Shown: piece by piece, positions 26,888 through 37,186 of the stretch | Layout of the letters: the number at the start of each line of letters is the position of its first letter | How positions within the stretch are numbered: the stretch's first letter is position 1 | Origin: an uncultured delta proteobacterium | GTDB lineage: Bacteria; Myxococcota; Myxococcia; Myxococcales; Myxococcaceae | Direction of reading: 5' to 3' | Length of the DNA stretch: 64,000 bases | Assembly (NCBI GenBank): GCA_963745475.1 | Contig: CAVUXN010000004.1 | Span: 32,001 to 96,000, forward strand | Made by a program: the position numbers and the translations under genes | Notes under the pieces: model-generated | What the model saw: the letters and a program-made list of their open reading frames with translations, nothing else | Database searches by the model: none | Told to the model about the DNA's origin: nothing

Positions 26888-27786
26888 GCGAGGCCAAACT
26901 CGGGTCGGATACTCCCTGGGGCCGCGGCCGCTTCGACGCCCGCGCTGCTCCCCGTCGGGTTCTGTTCGGGCACGTGTACGAGGACGTGGCCATCGAACGT
27001 AAGTCGTTTGCGTCCGGAGGCCGCATTTTCTGCATTGCCTCAGCAGGTGACACCGCCATGGCGCTGGCGGAGCAGCACCCCGTGGTAGCCGTCGACATCA
27101 ATCCAGTACAGCTGGCTTACGCGCGCGCTCGCATCGAAGGGGCTCCGGCGCAGAAAGGAGCCGCGGAGCGGGTGCTGGGCTTGGGACGTGCGCTGCTGCG
27201 CCTGGCGGGGTGGCGCCGCGCCACCGTCGAGGAGTTTCTTTCCTTCGACTCTACTGCGGCACAGCTTGCTTACTGGCGCGCGCACTTGGACACGCGGCGC
27301 TTCCGTGCAGGCGTGGACGCACTGCTCTCGGTAACAGGACTCCGCGCGGTCTACGCCTTGCCTTTCCTGAGCATCCTGCCGCGGGGCTTCGGCTCGGTCA
27401 TGCGCTCGCGCATGGAGCGCTGCTTTACCCAACACCCCAACGCGACAAACCCCTACGCTCGCGCGCTGCTGCTAGGTGAATACCCGCCTGCCGCGGAGCC
27501 CAAGCTCCCCGTCGAGCTGCTCTGCGTCGACGCGGCCAGTTACCTTGAATCCGTTTCAAGCGCGAGCTTCGACGGTTTCGCTCTCTCCAACATCCTCGAC
27601 GGCGCACCGGCGAGCTACCGCAGTCGGCTTCTGGCAGCGGCGCGGAGGGCTGGTAAGCCGCATTCTCCGGTGGTCCTGCGGAGCTTCGCAGAGCCATTGC
27701 AAGCCACTCCGACGAATGTTGCAGCCGAGGACCGCTCGATGCTCTGGGGCACGGTGCTCGTCACTGAGGCCGCCAGCCTTTGGTAG
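26884..27786 (+). CDS. DUF3419/BtaA-like SAM-binding protein
   Basis: LFGHVYEDVAIE, CIASAGDTA, VDINPVQL and FDGFALSNILD motifs; GTGA overlap with the DoxX-like gene. Confidence 0.7.
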   Translation: MSEAKLGSDTPWGRGRFDARAAPRRVLFGHVYEDVAIERKSFASGGRIFCIASAGDTAMALAEQHPVVAVDINPVQLAYARARIEGAPAQKGAAERVLGLGRALLRLAGWRRATVEEFLSFDSTAAQLAYWRAHLDTRRFRAGVDALLSVTGLRAVYALPFLSILPRGFGSVMRSRMERCFTQHPNATNPYARALLLGEYPPAAEPKLPVELLCVDAASYLESVSSASFDGFALSNILDGAPASYRSRLLAAARRAGKPHSPVVLRSFAEPLQATPTNVAAEDRSMLWGTVLVTEAASLW

Positions 27787-27925
27787 GCGCAAGGTGGGCA
27801 AGGTCCCCAGGCTCGTGCCGAAGGTTGCGGGCGGTCTCGAGCAAGGCGCTCCTGCACCCCTCTTGGGGTTAACGGCATTCGGGCCTAGCTCGCAAGGTAG
27901 GTAGGCCCGATGCTCAGTCCCCTCA

Positions 27926-28537
27926 CTACGGCGGCAGGGCTGCCCGCATTCCTTCGAGGATGTGGCGATGTATCTGATGCGCAAAGATGCGCTCGAATGG
28001 ACGCCACAGCGAGCGCGGCCGAAGGTGTCCTCGGTAATGCGTCGTCAGGAGAACCTCTGATCCGTTCTGCGCGGGAAGAATCTCGTACGAGCCCTCACCC
28101 GTTGATAGGCAGTTCTCGATGCCGAGATGCTGCTCCAGCACTTCGAAGCGGAGCAGGTGCTCCGGCTCGGCAGCGGTGATGCGTTTGACCATGTGACCGC
28201 CCTCGTACACGCAGCGGACGCTCGCGTCGACACGGGTCTTCTCCCCTTCAGAGCGGATGGGCCGGGGGAGCAAGGCGAGCAGGAAGACTCCCGGACGCTT
28301 TGTGACCTCCTCATAAAAGCGCAACGTCTTCCAGACGATGTCGGGACGGGCGTCCAACCAAGTCCTCGTGGTGACCGCTTCGCTTTCAGAGTTCGGTGCA
28401 AACAAGCGACCGAGGCTGTCTACAAGTCCGCGAAGGGTGAACTTCCATCGAGGTAAGCCCTGTTGGTTCGCGTCTCGAGATTGCACGATTCTGTTGGGTT
28501 CCACTTTCTCTCCACCACCCAGGCCTGAGCTGTCCAC
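27926..28537 (-). CDS. SRPBCC-fold-like hypothetical protein
   Basis: LDARPDIVWKTL...LRFEV...VLLTTHY...IHRHILEGM pattern; start uncertain. Confidence 0.6.
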   Translation of the reverse strand: MDSSGLGGGEKVEPNRIVQSRDANQQGLPRWKFTLRGLVDSLGRLFAPNSESEAVTTRTWLDARPDIVWKTLRFYEEVTKRPGVFLLALLPRPIRSEGEKTRVDASVRCVYEGGHMVKRITAAEPEHLLRFEVLEQHLGIENCLSTGEGSYEILPAQNGSEVLLTTHYRGHLRPRSLWRPFERIFAHQIHRHILEGMRAALPP

Positions 28538-28604
28538 TCAACTTATCCAGTCTGGCTGCGTTGTGTAGCGGTCGTTTCCACGGTGGAGGCGTCGCGCATG
28601 GGCA

Positions 28605-30296
28605 TCAGTCCGGTACGGTGCCCGTTCTCAGGCGCTGGTCGAGCAGAGAATTGCGCATCGCGCCCATCAAGAGCGCCCCGACGACCGCGGCACCAGCGAT
28701 CCAGTACCCCCAGGGCCGGAGCTCGCCCAATTGGTGGGGGACGCCGTTGACCGACCACCCGCTCACCTTGAAGCCAACGCTCACCAAGGCGAGACACCAG
28801 CAGAGAGCCCGGGCAAACGAAAGAACGGTGACCAGCAGTCGTTCTCGGTGCCCGAGCACGGTTTGGTAGTGTCTGCTCAATTCCGGCAAGCGGTAGCTCA
28901 CCCAGGCGAGCGACTTGTCGAAAGCGGAACGCGCGAGCAATCCCGTCGCGGCGATTGACCCAAGCCGAGTGCCGGACGAAACGTCGAGCCAAAGTTCTTT
29001 CAGCCGTCGACGACGCTCATCCTTCAAGAAGATGCTCAGCTCTGGCACCCAGTTCAGCCGAGGCGAAAGGGCAAGCATGACGGCGTCCGAAATCAAGATG
29101 GCGCGATAGAGCTGGACAACGGACACTGGAATCGAAATGCGTGCTCGCCGCATCGCGCGACAGAGTCGCTGGATGAAATACCCGCTGCTCCGGTAGCGAA
29201 GTCCAGCCGTGTTGCTGCTAACAGCGCCCACCCAGTCAGCGACGATGTCTCTAAACTCGGCCTTGAACTGCCAGAGGTCGTTTCTCGGCAACGGTTCGAG
29301 AGAGTGCAAGAGCACCTGGAAGGCCCCATCTGCATCCCCACTGGTGATGTATTCACGTAGCTGCAACTGCTGGACACGAATCTGGTCGTCCAGTGTGCCA
29401 ACCATTCCGAAGTCGACCAGTCCGAGCCCGCCGCTCTTGAGTAGAAGGAGATTCGCGGGGTGCGGATCCGCGTGGAAGACCCCATGGTTGAAGAACTGCT
29501 CGAGCATCGATCGAAACACAAGGAGTGCAAGAGCATCTGGATCGAAGTGTGATGCGAGAGGTGCTGAATTCCTTTCATCGGCTGTGCCTCGAAGGGCTTT
29601 AATCAAATCACTGAGGGGAACGCCCTCGAGAAACTCCATGGTGATGACACGGGGCCCACAATATTCTTCGTACACCTCGGGAGCGCGGTGATTGATGCTG
29701 TCACGTGCCAGCGTTTCGTGTAGCAGCTGGGTGTTCCGCGCTTCTCGCTCGAAATCGAGTTCGGTCTGCACGGACGCTGCGATGACGCCAATGGCTCGTC
29801 GGAGATTCAGTTGCCGCGCGAATCCCAGGCCGTCGACGGCATAGGCGGCGAACTTCAGGGTGGCTAGATCGGTACGAATCTGTGCGTCGACGTGCGGCTT
29901 CTTGACCTTGACAACGACTTCCGTGCCGTTGGGCAGTCGAGCTCGATGGACTTGCGCAATCGAGGCTGAGCTGAGGGGAAGATCGGCGAACGTCGGAAAG
30001 ACCTCAGCCAAGGGCTTCCCCAAATCGGCTTCGATGACCGCTGTAATAGTCGACAGCGGCAAATGCGCCAGGTCATCCAACAGGGCGGCGAGGCTGAGAC
30101 AATATCGATCGGGAAGAAGGTCATACCGCATGGCCAGGAGCTGACCGAGCTTCACAAAACCGCCGCCGCATGCTTCCAGATAGCGCCGCAGAAGTTCGGG
30201 GCCTGCGTTCCGGTCAAAAGGTCTGCGGCAGGCAAAGGCGATTGCAAACCAGAGAGAGGTCAGTGCAAGCCAGAGCGTGCGAGCGGCAAAACGCAA
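28605..30296 (-). CDS. AarF/UbiB (ABC1) family atypical kinase
   Basis: FVKLGQ, SASIAQVHRA, VVVKV, ELDFEREA, FHADPHPAN and VDFGMVG motifs; C-terminal TMs. Confidence 0.92.
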   Translation of the reverse strand: MRFAARTLWLALTSLWFAIAFACRRPFDRNAGPELLRRYLEACGGGFVKLGQLLAMRYDLLPDRYCLSLAALLDDLAHLPLSTITAVIEADLGKPLAEVFPTFADLPLSSASIAQVHRARLPNGTEVVVKVKKPHVDAQIRTDLATLKFAAYAVDGLGFARQLNLRRAIGVIAASVQTELDFEREARNTQLLHETLARDSINHRAPEVYEEYCGPRVITMEFLEGVPLSDLIKALRGTADERNSAPLASHFDPDALALLVFRSMLEQFFNHGVFHADPHPANLLLLKSGGLGLVDFGMVGTLDDQIRVQQLQLREYITSGDADGAFQVLLHSLEPLPRNDLWQFKAEFRDIVADWVGAVSSNTAGLRYRSSGYFIQRLCRAMRRARISIPVSVVQLYRAILISDAVMLALSPRLNWVPELSIFLKDERRRRLKELWLDVSSGTRLGSIAATGLLARSAFDKSLAWVSYRLPELSRHYQTVLGHRERLLVTVLSFARALCWCLALVSVGFKVSGWSVNGVPHQLGELRPWGYWIAGAAVVGALLMGAMRNSLLDQRLRTGTVPD

Positions 30297-30460
30297 GGTG
30301 AGCGGCGGCGAAGTAAGGCGGTTGTGGGGCGAGGGGACTTGCCTGGGTATTGCGCGAACCTCATCCGGTGCAGCGGCGGCGCGATTGAGGAGCTACAGCG
30401 CTCTTCTCTAGCTGCATTGGGGCGTCTGGCCTCGAACAACGAGGAGCGTGACGCACATGG

Positions 30461-30898
30461 CTAAGTCGTGCGGCCGGTCGGAGGAGGTCGCGCGGGAGCA
30501 GCGGTGTCCGGTTGTCCCTTCTGTTTGAGCTTCGCGGCGACCAGAGTGGCAAGGCTGTCGTAGTCGAATTCCCTTGGGGGCTGCGTTCGGTGGTCAGCGA
30601 CTGATGTGCGCAGATCCTCGTACAGTCGCTGGGGAACCTTCGCGAGTTCCTCGAAGAAGCGGGCGTTCGCGGCAATCGAACCCTGGATGAAGCCGTTGTC
30701 CAGGTTCCGGACAGTGATGTTCTCGTCGGTCAGGCTTTCGTTGAAGACCTGGATTCCGGATGTAACGGCATTCGCGATCCCGGCAACGCCATTCGCTAGA
30801 GCACGGGTCAGGCCGACTGGCGTGGGCAGCGCTCGCCTACTGGCCGGGGTCTTGTAAATCTGAGGCTGTACGTTGGGAGCCTGTTCTTGACCGGCCAT
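30461..30898 (-). CDS. Hypothetical helical protein upstream of the ABC1 kinase
   Basis: Strong GAGGAGG SD before ATG; amphipathic helical composition. Confidence 0.65.
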   Translation of the reverse strand: MAGQEQAPNVQPQIYKTPASRRALPTPVGLTRALANGVAGIANAVTSGIQVFNESLTDENITVRNLDNGFIQGSIAANARFFEELAKVPQRLYEDLRTSVADHRTQPPREFDYDSLATLVAAKLKQKGQPDTAAPARPPPTGRTT

Positions 30899-31663
30899 GA
30901 TGCCTGCCTCCTCTTAGTCATACCTCGAGCATTAAGGCGATGGGAGCCTACGAACGCTACACCACTGACGCAAACGGCAGGCCTCGAGCGCCGCCGCCGT
31001 AGCTTGGCCTAGGGGTGCTGTAGTTCGCTAGAGACTTCCGGCGACAGGCCGTCCCTCGCCTCGAATGCCAGGCGCAAGTTCTCGCGGGGCCTTTTCGGGG
31101 TCTCGACGCTGGCACCGGTAACGCCGCGTAGGGTCCGCAGCCGTTTGAGGAGTCCGGCGCGCCGCAAGTAATGAGTGAAGGCCTTCAAACGCGCCGCAGA
31201 GAGCGCCCGGCCCTAGGAATGCGTGTTCGGGCTCTCGCTGTCCGTATCCTCAAACGAGCCGGTTGCCTCCAGCCAAGTGCTAGAGTGCGGATTTCGGCTG
31301 TCGCTTCCCTGGAGCGAAGCTTTGGGGCTCTTCTGGGGCATGCGCGGATGGCCGCTCCGCAGAGTCCGTCCCCCGGAATGAAGTCCTCAGCGGCATTTCC
31401 GCGGAGCGCACCGGAGTAGTCGTCTGGGCGAGGAGAAGAGGACTGGCGAACACTGCCAACACACCCACGACGTTTCTTAGAGTTTTCATCATGGCCTCCA
31501 GCGAAGACGTAATGCTCCAGAGGTATTTCGCAAGAGAGAGCCGAATGGCCGAGCGGACCCCCGCCTCTCGGTGAGCTGAGCAGCGCCAATAAGCTTTCGG
31601 GGATTCGCGTCTCGCGGCGCGTCCGCACCTGATTGGGAGCTCTTTCCGAGCGGTCTCTCAGTT

Positions 31664-32446
31664 TCACTGCATGTGCCAACCGTGGCTCACCACCACCGAC
31701 TGCCCGGTGAGGGCTTTGCTCGGGAAAGAGGCGAGGAAGACGGCAAGCTGGGCGACGTCTTCGAGCGTCGTGAATTCTCCGTCCACGGTGTTTTTCAACA
31801 TCACGTTTTTGACAACCTCCGCCTCGCTGATGCCGAGGTCCCGGGCTTGCTCAGGGATTTGCCTCTCCACGAGCGGCGTCTTGACGAAGCCCGGCGCGAT
31901 GACGTTGGTGAAGATGCCGTGCGCGGCCCCTTCCTTCGCCACCGTTCGGGCAAGGCCAAGAATGCCGTGCTTGGCGGCGACGTAGGGCGCCTTGAGCGGC
32001 GAGGCCTCCAGAGAATGCACGCTTCCCATGTAGAGGAGGCAGCCACCCTTTCCCGACGCCACCATCCGCCGCAGGCAGGCGCGGGTGGTGAGGAATGCCC
32101 CATCGAGGTGAATGGCGAGCACCCGCCGCCAGGCCTCAAAGCTCAAGTCCACCACCGCCGAAATGTGTTGCACACCGGCGTTGCTCACCAGCACGTCCAC
32201 TCCGCCGAATTGGCGCACCAGGGCCTCCACACCCTGTTCCACCTGCTCCTCTCGGGTGACGTCCATGGGGATGGCAATGGCGCCAGCGCTCTTTGCGGAA
32301 ATGCTCTCGGCCACCCGTCCGGCACCGCCAGCGTCGACGTCTGCCACCCCCACCCGGGCACCTTCGCGGGCGAAGGCCTCGGCAATGGCGCGGCCAATGC
32401 CGCTCGCGGCCCCCGTCACTAATGCAACGCGGTTCTTCATACGCAT
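31664..32446 (-). CDS. bdhA: 3-hydroxybutyrate dehydrogenase
   Basis: TGAASGIG, NAGVQH, SVHS, KAPYVAAKHG, PGFVKTPLVERQIP and VSHGW motifs. Confidence 0.93.
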   Translation of the reverse strand: MRMKNRVALVTGAASGIGRAIAEAFAREGARVGVADVDAGGAGRVAESISAKSAGAIAIPMDVTREEQVEQGVEALVRQFGGVDVLVSNAGVQHISAVVDLSFEAWRRVLAIHLDGAFLTTRACLRRMVASGKGGCLLYMGSVHSLEASPLKAPYVAAKHGILGLARTVAKEGAAHGIFTNVIAPGFVKTPLVERQIPEQARDLGISEAEVVKNVMLKNTVDGEFTTLEDVAQLAVFLASFPSKALTGQSVVVSHGWHMQ

Positions 32447-32542
32447 GGCGTCATTCCCTTCTCCAACGCGGGCCCTGGGCGGAGCCAAGCTGGGTCACCG
32501 AGGCCTTTCGGGACAGCATATGGGGGACGCGGCACATCTCCG

Positions 32543-32570
32543 TTGACCTTCGTGAGGCCGAGGCTAAGGT
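32543..32570 (+). promoter_or_regulatory. sigma70-like promoter of the ABC operon
   Basis: TTGACC-N16-TAAGGT, 37 nt upstream of the livG-like ATG. Confidence 0.5.
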
Positions 32571-32607
32571 CGCGCTTCCGCCGCTCGTCGCGCGATGCGT
32601 CGAAACC

Positions 32608-33358
32608 ATGCCCGCTGCTCTCGAGGCCCGAGGTCTCAGCAAAGCCTTCCACGGTTTTACCGCGGTCGACGGCGTCGACCTCGTGATTGAGGAGGGAGAA
32701 ACGCACGCCATCATCGGCCCCAACGGAGCCGGGAAGACGACGCTCTTCAACCTCCTCTCGGGGTTTCTCACCCCCAACTCGGGCCAAGTGCTCCTCTTCG
32801 GCGAGGACATCACCCGCATTGCGCCTCATAAGATTGTCCGCCTCGGGCTCTCCCGGTCATTTCAGAATCTCTTCCGTTTTTGACACGCTCAGTGTCCAAG
32901 ACAACCTCCTGGTGTCCCTGCAGTCCAAATCCCCCCACCACTGGCGTTTCTGGGAGCGCCTCAGCGTCCTGCTCAAGTTTCAGCCTCGGGCCCGCGCAAT
33001 TCTGGAAGTGGTGCACGAACTCGGCCTGGCGCACCGACCGGCCTCGTCGCTCTCCCACGGCGAGAAGCGCAACTTGGAGATTGGGATTTCCCTGACCCAG
33101 GAGCCGCGGGTGCTCCTTCTGGACGAGCCGACCTCGGGGATGGGCACCGACGACGTCCAACGCATGGTGGCCCTCGGCAAGAAGGTAGCGCAGGGGCGGA
33201 CGTTGGTGTTGGTCGAGCACAACATGGGCGTGGTGGCCCAGCTCGCGGACAGAATCACCGTGCTGCAGCGCGGCCGGATTCTCGCCCAGGGCACGTATGA
33301 CGAGGTGCGGAAAAACCCGCACGTCATCGAGGCCTACCTCGGTGAGGAGGTCGTCTAG
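32608..33358 (+). CDS. LivG-like ABC ATP-binding protein with a +1 frameshift at about 32866 (probable sequence error)
   Basis: Walker A GPNGAGKTT in one frame, LSHGE and LLLDEP in the next; removing one A from CAGAATC restores SRSFQISSVF. Confidence 0.85.
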
Positions 33359-33362
33359 GCCC

Positions 33363-34055
33363 GTGCTCGAGGTACGCGACCTTCAGGCGTACTACGGGAA
33401 GAGCCACGTGCTGCACGGTATCTCTTTGAGCGTGAAACCGGGCGAAGTGGTGAGCCTCATCGGGCGAAACGGCGCCGGAAAGAGCACCACGCTCAAGTCG
33501 GTGATGGGCGTCCTGCCCGACCGCCGCGGAACCATAACCCTCGACGGCCGCGACATTTCCCGGCTCACGTCGGACCGCATCGCGCGCATGGGCATCGCTT
33601 GGGTCCCAGAGGAGCGCGCGATTTTCTCCACCCTCACCGTGCGCGAGAACCTCGAACTCCCGCCCGTCCTCCGGCCCGGGGGCTGGACGACGGAGCGTGT
33701 CTACCAAACGTTCCCCATTCTCAAGGAGCGGGGCGCCTTGCCGGGGACGAAGCTGTCCGGCGGCGAGCAGCAGATGCTGGCGATGATGCGCGTCCTCCGG
33801 GCGGCGCCGCGCCTGTTGCTGCTCGACGAGCCATCGGAGGGCTTGGCGCCAGTCATCGTCCAGCGGATTGCCCAGATGGTGCTGGAGCTCAAAGCCCAAG
33901 GGCTGGCGGTGGTGCTGGTGGAACAGAATCTCCGGTTTGCACTCAAGGTCGCCGACCGCCACGTCCTGGTGGTCGACGGACGTTCGGTGGAAACGCTCAC
34001 CACCGAGCAAGTCCGAACACGCGAAAAGGAGCTTCTCGACTACTTGAGTGTGTAG
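33363..34055 (+). CDS. LivF-like ABC ATP-binding protein
   Basis: GRNGAGKST, LSGGEQQM, LLDEPSEGLAP and VEQN motifs. Confidence 0.92.
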   Translation: MLEVRDLQAYYGKSHVLHGISLSVKPGEVVSLIGRNGAGKSTTLKSVMGVLPDRRGTITLDGRDISRLTSDRIARMGIAWVPEERAIFSTLTVRENLELPPVLRPGGWTTERVYQTFPILKERGALPGTKLSGGEQQMLAMMRVLRAAPRLLLLDEPSEGLAPVIVQRIAQMVLELKAQGLAVVLVEQNLRFALKVADRHVLVVDGRSVETLTTEQVRTREKELLDYLSV

Positions 34056-34103
34056 GACCCGAAAACACAGCTGATTCTCTTCGCGCACCCCAAGGGAGGC
34101 CTC

Positions 34104-35309
34104 GTGAAAACCCCATTGCTGGCAGCACTGCTGCTCCTGGCGTCGACGGCGTCGGCGCAGCTCTCCGGAGACAAGATTAAAGTGGGCGTCCTGACCGACA
34201 TGAACGGCGTCTACTCGGCGCTCGCCGGCCCGGGCTCGGTGAAGGCCGCTCAGATGGCCGCCGACGCCTTCATGAAGAAGCATCCCGAGTATGCCGGCAA
34301 GGTGGAAGTCAGTTACGCCGACCACCAAAACAAGCCCGACGTCGCCACCAACAAGGCCCTGGAGATGATTGAGCGCGACGGTGTCGACGCCATCTTCGAC
34401 ACGCCCAACTCCGCCTGTGCCCTGGCTGTGGCAGGGGTGGTGAAGACGCGGAATGCCATTTTCATCGTCGTGGGGGCGGGCACGAGCGAGCTCACCAACG
34501 AGCAGTGCAACATCCACACCTTCCACTACGGCTACGACAACTGGATGCTGGCCAATGGCACGGGAACGCTGGTCACCAAGCGCGGAGGGAAGACTTGGTT
34601 CATGATTTACCCGAAATACAAGTTTGGGCAGAACCTCGAGGCCCAGATGCGAAAAGCGGTCGAGGCTGCAGGGGGAAAGCTTGTTGCCCCAAGTGAGCCA
34701 ACGCCTTTCCCCAACACCGACTTCTCGAGCTTTCTCCTCAAGGCGCAGTCCTTGAAACCACAGATTTTCGGCACCATGCAGGCCGGCAACGACTTGGTAA
34801 ACGTTGTGAAGCAGTACAACGAGTTCGCGCTGAAGAAGGCCGGCATTGGCCTGGCCATCGGACTCCTCTTCGACACCGACGTCGACGCGCTCGGCCAGGA
34901 CGCCTACGCCGGCGCCATTGTGACGCTGCCGTGGTTCTGGAATCTCGACGCTCAGAGCCGAGCCTGGAGCGCCGGCTTCGAGAAGGCCTTCGGAAAGAAG
35001 CCCTCCTGGGTCCATGGCGGCGTCTATTCGGCCGTCACCACCTACCTGGAGGCGGTGGCGCGGGCGAAGTCAGACAACGCGGACAAGGTGCGCGCTGCGC
35101 TCGAGGGCTTCCAATTCAATGACTTCTTCGCGCGCAATGCATCCATCCGCCCCCAGGACCATGTCCTGCTGCTCGATGTGCTTCAGGTGGAGGTGAAGCC
35201 GAAGAGCGAGGCAAAGGAAGAGCGCGACTACTTCAAGGTCCTCAATAAGACCCCTGCGGCCCAGGCGTTCATGCCGCTCTCCGAGTCCGTTTGCCAGATG
35301 GGCAAGTAG
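34104..35309 (+). CDS. ABC substrate-binding protein (Leu-binding family)
   Basis: Signal peptide; KVGVLTDMNGVYS, ADHQNKPD and DFSSFLLKAQ motifs. Confidence 0.92.
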   Translation: MKTPLLAALLLLASTASAQLSGDKIKVGVLTDMNGVYSALAGPGSVKAAQMAADAFMKKHPEYAGKVEVSYADHQNKPDVATNKALEMIERDGVDAIFDTPNSACALAVAGVVKTRNAIFIVVGAGTSELTNEQCNIHTFHYGYDNWMLANGTGTLVTKRGGKTWFMIYPKYKFGQNLEAQMRKAVEAAGGKLVAPSEPTPFPNTDFSSFLLKAQSLKPQIFGTMQAGNDLVNVVKQYNEFALKKAGIGLAIGLLFDTDVDALGQDAYAGAIVTLPWFWNLDAQSRAWSAGFEKAFGKKPSWVHGGVYSAVTTYLEAVARAKSDNADKVRAALEGFQFNDFFARNASIRPQDHVLLLDVLQVEVKPKSEAKEERDYFKVLNKTPAAQAFMPLSESVCQMGK

Positions 35310-35345
35310 CTCCCACCGCAAGCCGAGGGAGGGACGAGGGCTTCT

Positions 35346-36221
35346 ATGGCGCGCTTGCTGGTCATCCAGATTTTCAATGGGCTGGTGAACGGCGCGTTTT
35401 ACGCTCTGCTTTCCCTCGGGCTAGCGGTCATCTTCGGGATGTTACGCATCGTGAACTTCGCTCACGGTGCGATGTACATGCTGGGGGCATTCACCGCTTA
35501 CAGCCTCGGAGAGCGTTTCGGCCTGGGCTTTTGGCCCTGCCTGGTCATCGCTCCCCTGTTGCTCGGGCTGTTCGGCATTCTCATCGAGCGCACCATGCTC
35601 CGGCGACTGTACAACCTCGCGCCGGCCTACAACCTCTTGCTGACCTTCGGCCTGACGCTCGTCATTCAGGACGGAGTTCGGCTGGCGTACGGCATCAGCG
35701 GCGCGCCCTACGCCGGCCCGTCCCAGCTCGCGGGCGTCACCAACCTCGGCTTCGTGGTGTTTCCCACCTACCGGCTCTTCGTCATCGTCCTCTCGATGGC
35801 GGTTTGCGCCGTTACCTTCTATCTCATCGAGCGCACCCGACTCGGAGCGGTGGTGCGGGCGTGCACCGAGAACCCCACCGTGACGCGAACGTTCGGCGTC
35901 GATGTGTCGCTGTGGGTGACCGCTGTCTTCGGATTTGGCACTGCCCTGGCTGGGCTGGCGGGCGTCTTGGCGGCGCCCATTTACAGCGTCGACCCGCTGA
36001 TGGGCTCCGAACTCATCGTCACCACCTTCGCGGTGGTGGTCATTGGCGGAATGGGAAGCATCCTCGGCTCGGTCATCACCGGCTTCACCGTGGGCGTTCT
36101 GGTGGCCATCGGCTCCGCGCTCTACCCGCCCATCGCCAACACCCTGGTCTTCATTCTCATGGCAGTGGTGCTCCTGGTGCGGCCCACCGGCCTCTTCGGC
36201 CTCCCGGAGGGCGGCCGATGA
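35346..36221 (+). CDS. LivH-like ABC permease
   Basis: NFAHGAMYMLGA, FAVVVIGGMGS and RPTGLFG motifs. Confidence 0.93.
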   Translation: MARLLVIQIFNGLVNGAFYALLSLGLAVIFGMLRIVNFAHGAMYMLGAFTAYSLGERFGLGFWPCLVIAPLLLGLFGILIERTMLRRLYNLAPAYNLLLTFGLTLVIQDGVRLAYGISGAPYAGPSQLAGVTNLGFVVFPTYRLFVIVLSMAVCAVTFYLIERTRLGAVVRACTENPTVTRTFGVDVSLWVTAVFGFGTALAGLAGVLAAPIYSVDPLMGSELIVTTFAVVVIGGMGSILGSVITGFTVGVLVAIGSALYPPIANTLVFILMAVVLLVRPTGLFGLPEGGR

Positions 36222-37174
36222 CGGCGGCCCAGCGCAGATGGCTCACCTTCGCCGTGGCGCTGGTGGTGCTGTGCGGGCTTCCCTTCGTCATCTACCCAGT
36301 GGTGGCGCTGGACATCCTCTGCTTCGGACTCTTCGCGCTGGCCTTCGACCTTGTCTTTGGACAGGTCGGACTTTTGTCTTTCGGCCATGCCGCCTTTTGG
36401 GGGACGAGTGCCTACGTCACCGGCTACCTGTTGCTCCACGCCGGGGTGAGCGTGCCGGTGGCCATGCTCGGCGGCACGGTGGCCGCCTTTCTCATCGCCA
36501 TCCCCATCGGGTTTCTGTCGATTCGCAGCGTGGGCATCTACTTCTCGATGATTACGCTCGCCTTCGGACAGATGATCGACTTCATCGCCAAGCAGTGGGA
36601 GGACGTGACGGGCGGCGAGAGCGGGATGCCCAACATCCCAAGGCCGTCCCTCCTCGGCCTCGACTTCGACAAGCCCATGCACGCCTATTGGTTTGGGCTG
36701 GTGGTGGCGGGTTTCGGCGCGCTGGTGGCTTTTCGCACCATCCACTCGCCCTTCGGAGCGGCGCTACGGGCCATACGCGACAACGACACCCGGGCGCAGA
36801 GCGTCGGTTACGCCACTTGGGCTCACAAGCTGATGGCCTTTCTGCTGTCCGCGGCCCTCTCGGGACTGGCTGGGGCACTCTTCGTGGTCGCCCACGCCGT
36901 GGTGTCCCTGGACGTACTCTCCTGGACGACCAGCGGACAAGTCGTCATGACGACGCTGCTCGGGGGTAGCGGCACCTTCCTCGGTCCCCTGGTAGGAAGC
37001 GCCGTCACTGTCCTATTGCGAGATGCGCTGTCCCGCTCCACCGCGGCCACGGGGCTGGTGACGGGACTGGTCTTCGTGGTGACAGTGCTTTTCTTCCGCC
37101 GCGGCATTGTCGGCACGCTGGCCGAACTTTGGGCACGCCGGCGCGCCCGGAGCCTGGGGAAACCCGCGGGGTGA
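36218..37174 (+). CDS. LivM-like ABC permease
   Basis: SFGHAAFWG, YFSMITLAF, TGGESG and LGGSGTFLGP motifs; ATGA overlap. Confidence 0.93.
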   Translation: MTAAQRRWLTFAVALVVLCGLPFVIYPVVALDILCFGLFALAFDLVFGQVGLLSFGHAAFWGTSAYVTGYLLLHAGVSVPVAMLGGTVAAFLIAIPIGFLSIRSVGIYFSMITLAFGQMIDFIAKQWEDVTGGESGMPNIPRPSLLGLDFDKPMHAYWFGLVVAGFGALVAFRTIHSPFGAALRAIRDNDTRAQSVGYATWAHKLMAFLLSAALSGLAGALFVVAHAVVSLDVLSWTTSGQVVMTTLLGGSGTFLGPLVGSAVTVLLRDALSRSTAATGLVTGLVFVVTVLFFRRGIVGTLAELWARRRARSLGKPAG

Positions 37175-37186
37175 GGCCGACCTCGC

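Noticed and set aside
31280..31492. 70-aa ORF with GGAGG SD and a signal-like N-terminus
   Set aside because: The mature part is featureless and I found no continuation; possibly a decayed gene, too weak to call.
32860..32883. Programmed ribosomal frameshift in livG
   Set aside because: No slippery heptamer or stimulatory structure at the junction, and similar single-base indels occur in unrelated genes here.
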